This document shows positions 25,916 to 40,075 of a stretch of 64,000 bases of DNA, in pieces. This DNA comes from Camelus ferus (taxonomy: Eukaryota). The stretch spans positions 93,808,001-93,872,000 of the forward strand of contig NC_045697.1 of the NCBI RefSeq assembly GCF_009834535.1, given 5' to 3'. Made by a program: the position numbers and the translations under genes. Each line of letters starts with the position of its first letter. Within the stretch, counting starts at the first letter, position 1. The notes beneath the pieces were generated by a model. The model was not told the origin of the DNA. It saw nothing but the letters and a program-made list of their open reading frames with translations, and searched no databases.

Positions 25916-28812
25916 TTTCATTTTTGTAAAGTATAGTTCTCTTACAGTTCAACGTTATTGTGTTATCTTCAATCAGAGAAAAGAAAGGAAGCTAAGGTAA
26001 TGTCAGTCTCTCTGACACTTTTTGTAAGTATCTTTAATGGAAATTAAGGTGCTAAGGCAAGAGCAGTGGGCTGCTGGGACTTTAAATTTGCATGCTTTGT
26101 AGCCCCCTGGAATGTTGAGGATAGAAATTCCTCCAAAAGTTTGGCTTTTCTGAGTAACAATGATAAAGGTATGGTAGAATTTTCTCTCCTCTTGCATTCC
26201 AGAAATAATAGTTTATGATCTATGAAGTAATGGATATGTTTTCTACTCTATGGTATAAATATATTAAATTTATTTGTATAGTGATTGTTCATATCTTATA
26301 AGCACAATAACTTTAAATCTGTATCAACATTCCTAATGTTTTCTGGGAAAAAATATACCAAAAAAAAACAGCCTTTGCCTACTAAATGTTTCCACATCAT
26401 CCTATTCTATGATATCACCTGCTTTGGAATGCACAGGGCAGTTTTCTAGTAGAGTAGGGGAACTTCAGTGCCTCCCAGTTCAACCTTAAGAAATCTCCAA
26501 GGCTTTTGGATGACTGAGGTCTATTATTACATCTGAGAAGTCTGGTAGAATGAATGCTATTGATAGGTATAAAATCTCTGCATTGAAAAATGACTGGAAT
26601 TATCCCTCTCTACTCCTTCATTCTAAGAATTGTAAAGTTTTGCAAGAAGACACATCCTCAAACACATACATCTGGATTAATCCTACGAAATAGTGACAAA
26701 GCAAAGACTATCCGCCTGCTGCTCTAACAAGGTAAATAAAGGCTTTGTGTCTGAAAAGCCATGTTTTGAGCTGTTTATCTTCTATAAAATATCTTATCTC
26801 TAGCATCTTAGTTTCCCTTTTAGAGCATGCTCACTCATATAATAGGGGAAAATATTATGTCTGAATTACTGGGTTCTCTGAATATTAAATAAAATATGTA
26901 AAAATTTTGGTTCCTCACAAGGGCTCAAAGATAAATTTAAATTCTCTTTCCTTCTTTCCTCACCAGTTTTAAATTACTAATATATTACAGGTTACCCAAA
27001 CAAAATATATGCCCTTTGAAGTCACAAACTTAAAACAACAACAAAAAACACTTTAATTCCTACTTGACCACAAACGAGGCAGACATTGAGTAATTAATCC
27101 AAAAGTTGGAATTAGTGTAAATGATATAGTTCCTTCTAACTGATATCCACTTCTGTTTTCAGGGTGATGTTTACATGCATCTTTTGCTAAAAGATCCATC
27201 TACAGATGAAAAATATTTTTTACTAATTTAATTGACCTCCCTAAGTGAAACACATGGCTGCTGACTTAACCCATGATTCTGTTTCAGCACAAAATACATA
27301 CATATTGTGTTAATTATGATCAAACTATAAAAACATTAGGGGACTTTGAATAACAAGTTTTCTATTTTACTTACTTAAATTAACATTTAATTGTAACACA
27401 TAAACTTAAATATAGTTTATAGCTGACTTTGATCTTGAAACATTTAAATTATCCCTGGTAAAATGGTCTTCCCCTTATTAGATGGTTTCTTTGCCAGTAC
27501 CATGCCTGGAACAAGGTTTAAATTCAGATGCGTGAATGGTATTCCTTGAGCTGCTAACGCATGATCTGTGATGCCTCAGACGAAGGTCTTGGTCCCTAAC
27601 AGCTAGGTGTTTAGTTCATGCCTGGTCCAAAAAACAAACAACTAATAAAGAACCAGGTGTGCTGAATGACAGCAATATGTATATGGAATAACCGAAATTC
27701 ATTAAATATACTATGACATAGAAATAGTCATGAATATTGCATAGCTATCAGTGATACGTTTGAAGACATGCTATTTATGGAGCCTGGTATCACTAGTTGA
27801 AGAAAATTACCTCTTCTAGTTTCTTTTCAAGAAGGTAACCTAAGATTGAATTTCACAGTATAGGTGTAAGGTATATTACTATCTTCTTTTAATTCCACAA
27901 GTCCAATTTATTCCAAATAATAGGTTCTACTGATGAAAACTCATTTTCTTATTTCATACAGGTGAAATGTAATAGCACCTGAAACCAAGTTCTGGCATAC
28001 ATAAATCAATATTTTCAACTATAAATGTCGTTTTCCCCATAGGTTTTGCTACTTTCGATTTAAGAATCATCATGGTTCAAAGTACAGGTTTATTCCTTAG
28101 AGAAGCAGGTTATTAGTGACAAAATAATCACCCAGATATGAGCCACTGAGCACTGCCCTTTTAGGTGAGCTGTATGTTACATAGAAATCTATGCAATATT
28201 CCCATTAAGAAGTGCTTATTTACGAGGGGCATAACTAAAGTCATTAAAGTGAACTAACAATGAATTTAATTTTAGGTATCAAAGGAACAAAATACAAGGA
28301 GCTAGAATGTTAATGTTATGATAATGGTATGCTGCAGTAAGAAGAGCTAAATCTTGCGTTTCCTAGGATATGAAGCATGATACGTGCTTTCCTTGAGTGC
28401 TCACTGAGACTTTCAATGGTTTTTAGTTCCCCTCTTGCTCTTTGTGATAAGACATCACACAAAAATCAAGGCAGCAACAATTTAAAAATGGATTAGGCAG
28501 TTATTTTTTTCATCATCTTAATGAGCAAATTATGCTGACCATGGATTCCCATTAAAATGTTAAAATATTTGATTAGACCATATGGAGACTATTTGATAAT
28601 AAAGCAAGTTGATCCACTGCTCCGGAGAGGAACATTTCTATTTCAATTTCGTGTGCATCTCATCACACTACTACATGCTTACCTGAGTCTTGACAGGTGC
28701 TTGCCCATAGTTTCTAGAGTTATATACTTTGTTCTTTGGAGGAAAATGAGTTTGGGCAGGACAGCAGTAAACTCCACTACGGTATTTACTCGCCTTCAGA
28801 ATAGCCCAGTTC

Positions 28813-28926
28813 ATGGTGAACAACCACCCTGGTTTTGCCCAGGATTGAGGGAGTTCCTGGGGATACGGGACTTTCAGGATTAAAACAAGGGAAGTCTCAA
28901 ACAAACTGGGATGAGTTGCTTACCCC
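28813..28926. mobile_element. MER81 (hAT-Blackjack MITE)
   Basis: ggtgaacaaccaccctggttttgcccaggattgagggagttcctggggatacgggactttcag...caaactgggatgagttgcttaccc matches MER81 with degenerate terminal inverted repeats. Confidence 0.85.
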
Positions 28927-30432
28927 AGTTTCCCTAATCTTGCTTATTTTATTTTATAAATAAAATATTTAAAGAACAAAATGCCAAATGAACCAGACAG
29001 ATAATGTAAGCCTTAGGGAGTTCACTTTCCTGTTCTTCCCGTCATTAACAAACAGACCCACAAAGAGTAGACTCGATTGTCATTAATGACATTACCTATT
29101 TTCCCCAGAGACTTTTATGTCTGAACTTTTACTGTTATGCATATTAAAACAGACTTGCGTTGTTGCCTCACCACATCAGATACCCACTACCCATTTGAGC
29201 AATACATTCAAAAGTAAATGCAAAGGAGTGAAACTTAGTAGAATTAAGAAAATAAGAAGTGACTCATACTAGAATATTGGGGAATGTGTGCATAATCTAA
29301 AATAATTAAAATTTAAAAAATCAACAAATTTCTGATCTATATGAACCAAACCTGTTTTAGGAACTGATTTCAGCTTACCTACCATCAGTTCGCAGCCTCT
29401 GCTTACAGCAGCTGCATATTATATGCTCCTTGTTTTTAAAGTGTTTTCAAACTGCATTTCAAAAAAATATTTTTTGGCCACTTTGAAAGCAATAACCTCC
29501 TTTTCAAAATCGTCAACCATATTAAAATCACCAGAATTAAATTATTCATTCTGCTTGCAAAGTATTTGTTCTCTCTATGTAATAAAAGGTATGTTTATAA
29601 ACTATAAATATATATTGTAATATACATCATATATAATATATATACTATATATTCAGTCATTTAAATACTAAATCTGTAATATTAGTATTAAATAATACAT
29701 TTATTCAGGAGCATGGGTCATTGACTTTAAATAAACTAATTATTATTTTAAAATATTCAGAAGTAATTCTAGATATAGGTTCGTATCTACCTTTTCAAAG
29801 TGGCTAAATCGTAGAGGAATGGAATTTTTTTGCAAATATTTTCAGATTAATAAAAATATATTAAGGTTATCAGATATCCTCCCCCCTGGAGTTAATTTAC
29901 AATCATTTACTGTTTTTTTCACCCTGTACAATACGCAGTTATTTGAATGTGGCCACCATTTCCCCCTTTGACAAGACAACTTACTCTAACAGACATTGTC
30001 CTAGTTTCAGGCATCACAGTTCACCTTCATGATTTTTGCTATGTCTAATTACCAACTGCAGTGATATTTCATTAATATTTGTCTTTACATTAGCTATCCT
30101 TTTTATATTTAAAGCCTTAGCCAGACACAGCGGTCTCACTATTGGTATCCATCCCTCTTTGTACCAAATTCAAGTCATTTGGTCTGGTCTGGTTTTGCCC
30201 CTGAGATTACAATGTAAGGCTGGTGATGCCCAGTTTCATACCAGAGAGGAGTGTCTCTAGTGTCCTAAGTCCTTTTGTCTTTTCAGGGATCTGCTTCCCA
30301 GGGCAAAATATTCACTCCTCAATATTCACAGCACTGTGAGCTCCTGCTATTTGCCATTGAAATTACCAGAACAAGCACTTTTACATCTCTACTGAACTAC
30401 GGGTATTTAGATACAGTAGCAGGGAGACAGTA

Positions 30433-30744
30433 GAGCTGTCCCTCAGTATCCCTGGGGATTGGTTCCAGTACTGGTCTCCTACAAGACACCAAAATCTGTG
30501 AATTCTCGAGTCCCTTGTACAAAATGGCTCATATAACCTATGCACACCCTCCCAAATACTTTAAAATCATCTCTAGATTACTTACAAAACCTAATGAAGT
30601 GTAAATGTTATGTAAATAAGTTGTCCGTGCATGGCAAATTCAAGTTTTGGTTTTGGAAACTTCCTGGATTTTTGTCCCCAAATATTTATATCACTATTAA
30701 TTGAATCCACAAATAGGGAATCTGGTGAGACAAAGGGCTGACTA
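30433..30744 (+). mobile_element. MER2B-like TcMar-Tigger element
   Basis: gtccctcagtatccctggggattggttccag...atcatctctagattactta...gcatggcaaattcaagtttt...agggctgact, with TA flanks. Confidence 0.88.
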
Positions 30745-31199
30745 TATTCTTAATTGATATTGACAAATAACACAGCTTCTTAATTGGCATGATGCCAACT
30801 AAGGGTTGGCAAGATCCACTTTCTTTTGGTGGCTTTCTTTCTCCGCCTTAGGCCTTTCTTAGTAATATGCAAATCCATCCTATCAAAGTTTACCCGTTTA
30901 AATCACTTGTCATACCTTGATAAAAACATCTGGAAATGGGAAAAAGAAATCTTCTGAAAAGAGGAGAATGCTGGGCATTTTCTGGCAGATCCTCAAGGGA
31001 TTATGATTCCACAAAAGTGTGCACTTCAGATTGATTTGCTAGTAACTCAGCTGTTTCACAATCCTGTATGGTTATAGTTACAGTAAACTTAAACGGATGG
31101 TTATTTCTCCTGCCCACAACAAAGCAAATGATCCCTGTTCACAGACTGAGTTTTGTCCACTAGAGAATATACAACTTTGTAAATCAAATTCTCAGAGTA

Positions 31200-32280
31200 C
31201 TGGTTTTAACTGATTCTTTTGACTATTCCGGTCCATTGTATTTCTGTATGAATTTTAGTATTAGCTTGTCCATTTCTGAAAAAAGGGGAAAAAAAAAAGC
31301 CAGCTAGGATTTTGACAGTGACTGCACAGAATTCTTTAGGCTATTATTGCCATTTTGACTATATTAATTATTCTAATCCATAAACATAGGGCAACCTTTC
31401 ATTTATTATGTCTGCGAAGTCTAACATCCAGCTTGCTTCATTAAGCAGTGTTTATAAGCCTTCATTTCCCCCTATATGTGGATCGCACATTCCTGTTTCT
31501 TTGTCCGTCTCATAATTTTTACTTGAAAATTAAATCTTTTAGAAACTGTATTTAACAACTCGGGATCATAATCCCCTTCCTCCTCAGAGTTTGATGTTGA
31601 AATTGCCATTTTCCTGGTCATTTATTTGTTTAGTGAAGTGGCTGAAATAACTCTCTGAAATCTATTTCCCCCACAATGTGAAGTCTCTGAGGCACCTCCT
31701 CAGATGGTTTTTCTTGTTTTTATATTTTAGCTCTGGAGCAGCATACGCCATTTATTGGTCAAAGATTGCTTGCTTAAGCCCCTTTAACCAGACAGATTTT
31801 GACCCATTACAGTTGAAAGTGTCATAGCCTGGAGGGGACTATCAGTTCAAGTTACATTTTTTTCTCTCAATTTTCAACTAGGGACTAGCAGATTGGATTT
31901 TTTTCCTCTCTGATTATCTATGAAAGGGCTCGGTCTTGGTCATCCCTTCCAGACCACAGGGATGTATGTGGTCTTATTTTTAAGCCAGCCTTCCCATGTC
32001 AGAATATCAGGTCATTCAGCTAGTGTTTGGTCAAGGTCGTGCTTAAGCCCCTAGTGCCAGTGAGTCTTCCACCCTTTGTGGATCTGTGTGTGCTTCGGGG
32101 AACATTTTAAATCCTGGTTGCTCCTGCACGTCTGCAGTCTTTCCAAACCCCTGCGTTGCCTCTGATCCTACAAGGGCTCATCTGGTCTCTTTCCCTATTT
32201 CTTAAACTTCCGCTTGCTCTGTTTACCTGCTGTTACTAGTATCACAGAAACATGAGCGCCCTTTTCCCAGGACTCCCACT
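31200..32280 (-). mobile_element. Old LINE-1 fragments (RT region joined to 5'-end sequence)
   Basis: gtatgaattttagtattagcttgtccatttctg...ccagctaggattttga is antisense RT region; 31410 onward resembles an L1MC/MD 5' end in antisense. Confidence 0.7.
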
Positions 32281-33189
32281 TCACTTCTGGCATTGCTTAT
32301 AAATATCTTTTGTGTTGAGCTTTATGTTAAGGTAAATATCAATATCTCCCAGACTCTTAAACTAAACATTCTCACACTTTTACTTACACTTCTGCCTAGC
32401 CCTGCTTACTCCCCTTTATAAACAGGTTGAAACAAAATCCAACTTAGTATATGTTTTGGTTTTTTCTTAGTTTTCAAAGGTAGTTTCCTATATTGGTTTA
32501 ATAATTTTTTTACATTTAATGTTTGTTTGATAAATACTGCATCTTGTTGATTGCAGACATAGAACAACATTGGGGGATATACTAGCAGAGTTCTCAAAGA
32601 AGAAAAAAAGGATGCAAACTAAAAGTACAAGAAGAATATATGGTTTGAAAGCATTTTAGAAATATTTTTCATTAGGTTACTTGCAGTGCTGACAAAGGAA
32701 TTCAATAACGTGCTCTTTGGAAAGATGGCTATCATCTAAGAAAACACTAACCTTATTTCTAAAAAATTGGGTTATTATAAAAATAAAGGAAATAATACCT
32801 TAAGAACCTAAGACATTTAAAGGACACTGCTTAGTAACTTAGTATATGTTTTTAAGAGCTTTACCAGCAACATATTTATTGTCAGTCTGTATTTATGTGG
32901 ATCCCTGGAAGTCTATTGGCTCACAAAGGACAGAAACTGTCTTTTCAATTTAAATAAATGAGACCTAACTAGATGAAGGATATAGGCAACAACATCAGAT
33001 TAGATAAACACACAAAAGAAATATAAAAGAACATATTTTTACACTTCCAGATTTCATAAAATATATTTCTCTATACCTATATATTTATATATACCTCAAG
33101 AGAAAGAGACAAAGAGTACTAAGTAAATGAATAAACTCATATTTGTATATCCTGGCATTTAGTTGGTGCTCATATTTGTTAAACTGAGC

Positions 33190-33398
33190 CCTTCCAGGGC
33201 ACCCAAAATATACATATTTTAGCTCTGACCAATTTGTTGTAATTATTTGTAGAAACCTGACTTATTTGATTATAAGCTATTGAAGGGCATGCTTTGTCTG
33301 TCTTGGTATACCGGGAACTTAGTAAATTATAAAAGGTCATGGTGATACCATTAGACATGTTGCTAAATACATGAATGAGTGAATGAATGAATGAATGA
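33190..33398 (+). mobile_element. L2 3' end with (TGAA)n tail
   Basis: gattataagctattgaagggca...atgaatgagtgaatgaatgaatgaatga. Confidence 0.75.
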
Positions 33399-34884
33399 CC
33401 TGTGGTTACTAGTTATTCAAAACTTTTATTTCTCATAATATATTTAGCAATTTTATTAAAAATATTTAATGATGAAATTATAGAAGCCAGCAATATTGCA
33501 TAATAATGGACAATTTTCACAAGCTGGTTTACAGTATACATTTTCTTTTAATGGGGCAATACTAGTAGAGTACATGCTTACTGGCAGAGTAAGAATCACA
33601 GGTTATTCCCTGTCAATGACAAAGGGAGGATCTTTAGTTCGATAGCTAATGGACTGCCTAGAGAAAGTCTGCTTTATTTTTTAAAAAGTTATCTCTCCCA
33701 CAAAATAAAAATAAAATCCGGAGGATGTAATCATGACTTAAGATCATTTATTTTCGAAAAATAATCTTTTCTAACTTATATGCAACCTGATTTATTCTTA
33801 ATTCTTTTATCCAGCTCCTAATATTTGCTGTTTTGCAAATGTTATTTTTTCTCTCTAATCTCTCTAGAGAGTTAATTTGTCTTAAAGCCTAAATATAGTT
33901 TTGAAAAACAGAAATTAGTTAATACAATTCCATATTGTTGAGTGTATGAAATTTAGAAAGTATCTTATAGAAGATACATTTGCCTGTCACTTACTTCTTT
34001 AATATCTTCATTTAAAAAATTAGTCATAAGTGTATATAAAAGTACTTAACTTGAATAATAAACATTCTAAGTGTTGCCTAGTTTTTTCAAATTTTGCAAG
34101 AATATAAAAATTGAAACATGACAATGCAAAGTCATACTATATGAATAATTATTATAATTTGAATTAAAATTACTAGAAATAATTTAATATGGGTGAATAT
34201 GTGTTTATTCTTGGCTTAAATTTAATACCAGTAAGTATTTTCTTACTGTCACAATTTTAGCCCACTTTGTTAAAGCCATTTCCAATGCATGTTTTATGGT
34301 GAGCCATGGAAAATTAATTTTCAGAATTTGTAATACTGCATTTCTCACTGATGCATCATAAATGAACCGAGTTGAAGTGATACGAAGTGAAGCGAACACC
34401 ACAGTCTTAGCAAAAGTGACAGATTAGATGTACTTGGTAATGTGTAGTCAGAGAATCACAGACTTCTTCTCTACAAAGGTTAAAAAAGGGAAATGATGGT
34501 ATATTCTGGAAACACAGGTTATTGATTCTGCACTTTCTAGAAATATCCATATAATATTGGTCAGTAATTAGAAAGAGTATAAAATACAGTAAGGAAGTAT
34601 TTGAACAAAACGTGATTTGTACTTTAATAATTTTTAATTTTTTTTAATTCTGCTTTTTCGTATAAAGTTACAAAGACTTGGACTTCAAATTTATTGCCCT
34701 ATGTGTTATATTATTCGGTTTGACCATTTCCAGGCCTAGAGATGAAAAACTTGTAAATGATATGCAAAAGTTTGCATGAGTTAACTCAGTTGGTGAGAGG
34801 GTAATGCTAACGGATCTACAATAGCACAGAGAATCCAAAACCTCAGGCAGAATCTCAATTGCTAATTTTGGGTGTTGGATTCCT

Positions 34885-35000
34885 CCCTAAGTGCTTTGAA
34901 TGACTAATTCATGTAATAGTCACAACAAAAATACTAAGTAGGTATTATTATCAATGTATTAGAAATGAAGAACCTGAGGCATGACAACTTTACATGAATT
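34885..35000 (-). mobile_element. MIR fragment
   Basis: aagtgctttg...tcatgtaatagtcacaaca...gtaggtattattatc...tagaaatgaagaacctgaggca. Confidence 0.75.
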
Positions 35001-35861
35001 GTCATTATTGTAATTCTTGTGGTTGTATTAATACCCCGTGCTCATAATCACAACACGATACTCATGCTTACGCTGTTTGAAGCTCAACTGCTATTATACA
35101 ATGAAATCAGTGATATCCCTTTAAATGTTTAAAACAAATTTGCTTAGAGTTAAATCTTTCCTAGTTAGAAGAAACATAAATAGTTTAAGGGAGGTAGATT
35201 TAAACTCCAACCAAAGTCACATTTAAATACACTCTCTAACTTTAATTATATCAAATTCAAATCTCTCAGCTTGGCAACTATAGGCAATTTTTGAGATTTA
35301 ATGAATGTATCCAATATTATATTCTTGGTTGAAAACAATAAATAATAACATCCTAATGGAAAGCATCACTCTTATATGCTTAAACCCATTCAATCTCAAT
35401 GGTATTATTTTGATAAGATCTCAAGCTTGATCATGAAAATACATGAGAAATTTTGTAGGCAAAGCTCTGCTTGAAATTATTCTTAAAGTTTGCTCGATAG
35501 ATTTTCAATTCTCCTTCCTGTCTTTATTTTTATTTTTATTTTTTGGCCTTTCTGATAAATAAGTACCTGTATACTGCTGTGCATGCAAACCAAATAGCGT
35601 GAAATCTATTTACTTAAAAAAAATCACTCAAAAAGATAAATTGTAAGCCACATATTTCCTTTTTCGGTTCCCAATATTATCAAATAATTTTCTGTACATT
35701 TATAGAGGTGATTCTGGAATGAATATTAGAATGTAAGACTGCTAATAGCAATATGCACATTTTTGAAGGTCTCAGAAGACTGGTATCTGTTTGGCTATTT
35801 GCATGACAGCAGTGAACAAATATCTTCTTATTCCATAATGTTTTAGAAAATATCCAGTGTC

Positions 35862-35894
<33 letters not shown>

Positions 35895-35912
35895 ATATAT
35901 ATATGTATATGT
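35862..35912. repeat. (TA)n microsatellite containing a 34-bp perfect palindrome
   Basis: acatatac(at)9gtatatgt at 35879-35912. Confidence 0.95.
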
Positions 35913-36647
35913 TAATGTAAGTGTTGGACTAATACAAAATAGTTTTAATTATGTGGTAATTCAGGTATTAGTCTCTACAGATAATAACAATAGGAAAACA
36001 TCATGTGTAGACTCGGAAGACTGACTATGTAGATACACATATATACCTATACCAGTTGTAAAGACTGTTTGGCTCAGATATTGGTAGGAATTATACGGGG
36101 AAAAATTTCTCTACAAAAAGAGAGTGGTATTATATCTGGGTTAGAGAATGCCTTTACCATATTATTCTGACAAATCCCCAAACAAGTTAATACATTGCTT
36201 CTAAAATGAGCTTTCATAACTCTCAATCTCTTTGATTTTTCCCAACTACACTTTGCTCACGTGTTACCTATGACAACTCCTATGAGTCATCATATAAATG
36301 ATGAATTCAGTGGGGAAAAAAAGATTGATAGCAATATATTTGTTATGAAATCTACATAGCATTGCGTTTTGTTAACAGGCTTGGAGGGTAAAGACATATG
36401 CATCAATTCTCTCTTATGAACATCCCTAAAGCAAGTAAGAGGCATTAGAGGATGCTATAAATATTTGTGACATCATTTCTTTTATGAAAGTGTAGTAACA
36501 GATATTTCATTCCATGGTTATCAGAGCTTGTCTTAATATACTAAGTAAAATGAAAGCAGACATTTTTGAAATTCTCCAGCGTGGAAATCATAGGTCTCAA
36601 CATATGATAATGCTGTGAAAACATGACCATGAGTCATGTTGACTAGG

Positions 36648-36865
36648 AAGAGTGTAGTAGAGTGGTTAAGTACATGGGCTCTGGAACTCTAAATTCTGCT
36701 TCTGAACCCTAGCTCTGCCATAACAGCTGTGTGGCCTGAGTAAAGTAACTATCTATAACTAAGTGTGGATTAAATTAATACCCATTCTACAGACTGGTGT
36801 TTGGAGGATTAAATAAGCAACTAAAATAGTGTCTAGTGCATTAAAATTGTTAGCTATTATTATTC
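36648..36865 (+). mobile_element. MIR SINE
   Basis: gtagtagagtggttaagtacatgggctctgga...ccctagctctgcca...agctgtgtggcctgagtaaagtaact...gaggattaaataag...ttagctattattatt. Confidence 0.85.
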
Positions 36866-38216
36866 TTAGTCATATGCATATATATTTTCAGAGAATTTTG
36901 ATTCCATTAGAGCAGGAAAAGTATACAAAATCTGCATCAAGGAACAAAGCATTTCCAGATACATAAACAGTTTTAGAGATTAGATAAAATCATTAGCCAA
37001 AAATAGAGTAAAATGCCATAACTTGTACACTGTACATATATGAATACCTATCACATTATGTTGCAAACCATTTCCTTAATTTTGTAGAAAAGAATAAGAA
37101 TTATAACTGAGATGTATTCTATTAGAACTAATAATTCTTCATCCTATCAAATTCTTCTGTTGTTGAATATCACAATAAAAATGTTAGAAGTCATGAAGTA
37201 TAGAAGCTGCACAACTTATACAATGACAAAGTCAGAAATTTTAAGTGTATTCTCTCTTCTCATCTCATTTTTATCTTTGTCTTCAGAATAAATTAATTTT
37301 GTGCATTTTTCCTTCTCATTATAATGCTTGTCACAGGAGAGAACAATATGAATTATAATAATACACAAAGGAGTTGAACATTATGGTGATGTGTTCCATA
37401 ATTTTTATATATTTCAAGACTGCACTTGATTTTCTTGCAATTTCATTATGCCTGTCACATTAATAAGGCTGTACACATGAACTCAAACACAAGATACTAT
37501 GGAGGAGATATGTCTTTTCTATTTTCTTACCTTTTTTATTTCACAATAGGGTTCAAAGTTACATAAATGAAGTTTCCACAAGGATCACATGAGTGTATTC
37601 ATTATAGGATATAATGCATTATGTAGGTGAAAAAGAAGCAACTTTATATATTACTATGTGGTATAAATGTCACAATGAAACATGTTGAAAACTTGAAGTA
37701 AACAGAAATATTATAATTATAATATAAGAAGAACATGCTATCTTAGAGTGTAAAGAAATATTAATGATTATTTTGTAAATTCCTAAGAAGCAAAGCAGGA
37801 ATATAAGCAAATTTTTCACACAACATATTTTACAGGAGGTTATGAATTGCAGAAAAAAATAAATTTAATTTTTAATGTAGTTAAGTAGTCAATAATAGTT
37901 CAGTAGTCCTATTTAATATAGTTCAGTAGCTGTAGAAATATTAGCTGTATATCACATTTGGTTCAACATTTTCTCTCCAGTAGACCATTGTAATAAAGTA
38001 TTTTATATACATTCCACGTTAACATTTCATTTGACTTGAATGTAGTCCATAATGTGAAAGTGCAGGATAATGTATTCATTTTTATTAATGCTGAAGATTC
38101 ATATAGCTTAACACTTTAATAAATTTCAACAATCTAGTTTAGGCCATGCCAAAAACAAAGGAAATTAAATCAAGTTTAAAGAAATCACTGGCACATACAC
38201 AGGAACATCTCAAGTA

Positions 38217-38423
38217 CAAGTTGTCTCTCCGGATCCGTGGGAGTTTGGTTCCCCCTGAGACCTGCTGATACCACACTCCGCAGATGCTCAAGTCCCTCAT
38301 GTACAACGGCACAGCGCATTCGGCCCCAGATACCTACGAGTTCCCATCTGCAGATTCAACCAACTTAGCCAGCAGTTTGTCGAATCAGCTGATGCAGAAC
38401 CCGCAGATAACAAGGGCCTACTG
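38217..38423 (+). mobile_element. Short MER2/Tigger-family MITE
   Basis: TA-flanked; gatccgtgggagtttggttcc...gcagatgctcaagtccc...gatgcagaacccgcagata...agggcctactg. Confidence 0.8.
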
Positions 38424-38699
38424 TACTTCAAAACTTTATTCCACTGTGGTCAGGTAGCATATTCTGAATGTTTTATATATGTCTTTAAAGTTTGTTGAGA
38501 TGTGTCTTTTATCTCATCTGCTTCCGGACTTTTATATTACTAATTTTATAGTTAATGCCTACATATATTTACAGATATTTATCTTTTCTTCTGAATAATT
38601 TTCTAATTTTCATACCCCAATGTGACACTATTTTCTTGCAGTTTGACCAGACCTGAACAAATAATTCCCATGTGGCCTTCATCCTTATTCTTCACAGGG

Positions 38700-39100
38700 T
38701 AACGTATGATCACATTTGATTTATTTTCCTAATTCTCTTTACTTCCTCAAACACTTTGAAAGTAAGTTATAAGCATGGAAGTTCCTCACCACTAAACATT
38801 TCAATATGTTGTTCTTTCAAAAAAGGGGGGTATTTTTCTTATATAACCAAGATTTCACCAACTGTTCTAATAATATTATTTGGAGCTAAAGAAAATTATT
38901 GAGTTTTTTTTTTTAAATCCCCTTTAATCTAGAGTAGTTCTCCAGTCCTTGTATTTTACAATATTTATCTTTTTATAAACTACAGACCAGTTATGTTGTA
39001 GACTGTCCTGTAATTTGTGTTCTTCTGATACTTCATTTTTAGAGTCAGGTCAAGCATGTATGTCACAGGCATACAGAAGTGCTATATCTGTTTGTCACAT
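38700..39100 (-). mobile_element. Old L1 (L1MC4/5-like) 3'UTR fragment
   Basis: actttgaaagtaagtt...ctaaacatttcaatatg...cctttaatctagagtagttc...cagaccagttatgttgtagactgtcc. Confidence 0.55.
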
Positions 39101-39120
39101 ACCAGAATATCTCACTTGTG

Positions 39121-39172
<52 letters not shown>
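39121..39172. repeat. Compound microsatellite (CT)11(AT)6(GT)9
   Basis: Read directly from the sequence. Confidence 0.97.
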
Positions 39173-39227
39173 ATGTGCATAAATGTTTAAAAATGTGCAC
39201 ATAATATACATGTATAAGAATTTTTTA

Positions 39228-39592
39228 CAAAAAAAGAAGAAAAGGACACTAATGAACTCATCTACAAAACAAACAGACTCGCAGACAGAGTAAACAATTT
39301 TATGGTTACCAGGGTGAAAGGAGGTGGGAAGGGGTAAATTTGGGAGTCTGAGATTTGCAAAAGTTAACCACTATATAGAAAAATAGATAAAAAAACAAAT
39401 TTATTCTGTATGACACAGGGAGCTGTATTCAATATCTTGTAATAACCTTTAATGAAAAAGAATATGAAAATGAGTATATGTGTATGAGTATAATGAGTAT
39501 ATGAGTATATATATATATACACACACACACACACGACTGGGATATTATGTTGTATAACAGAAATTGACATACTCACTATGCTTCAATTAAAA
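39228..39592 (+). mobile_element. Lineage-specific LINE-1 3'UTR (camelid-like)
   Basis: actaatgaactcatctacaaaac...cagactcgcagaca...tatggttaccaggg...ttcaatatcttgtaataacctttaatgaaaaagaatatg...cttcaattaaaa. Confidence 0.9.
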
Positions 39593-39599
39593 ACAAGGA

Positions 39600-40075
39600 C
39601 TTTTTAGAGTAGCAATATTGATACTATCCAAGAACTGGAAATAGCAGAATATGAACAGTATAATAAATGAAGAGCTATACAGTAAAGCATTGATAATTAT
39701 GTTATAATAAAATAAACAAGCCACAATTGTATTCCTTTCTGCAACCATATGAATTTCTAAAACATAATGTTGAGCTATGGAAGCAAAAGGCACATGCATA
39801 AACTCAGACTCATTCCTATGTTTATATTTTTAAATAGCAAAATTAAACTTTGTTTATGGATTTGTGTATATGTAAAAAAATAAATGGTTATTATGAGAGT
39901 CAGGACAAGGAGAAACACAGTGAGAATATGAGAGGATTGTGGGAACATTTGCTACCAAAATTCTTTCTTTTTCTGGGAAATGGTTACATGGATGCTACTG
40001 TATATGTATCTGTTAAGCTGTACATATATGTTCTATGTACATTTGCCATTGTGCATTATATTTAATAATACAAAG
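39600..40075 (+). mobile_element. Old L1 (L1ME/MC) 3' end
   Basis: ccaagaactggaaa...caaccatatgaatttctaaaacataatgttgag...tggttacatgg...gcattatatttaataa. Confidence 0.65.
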
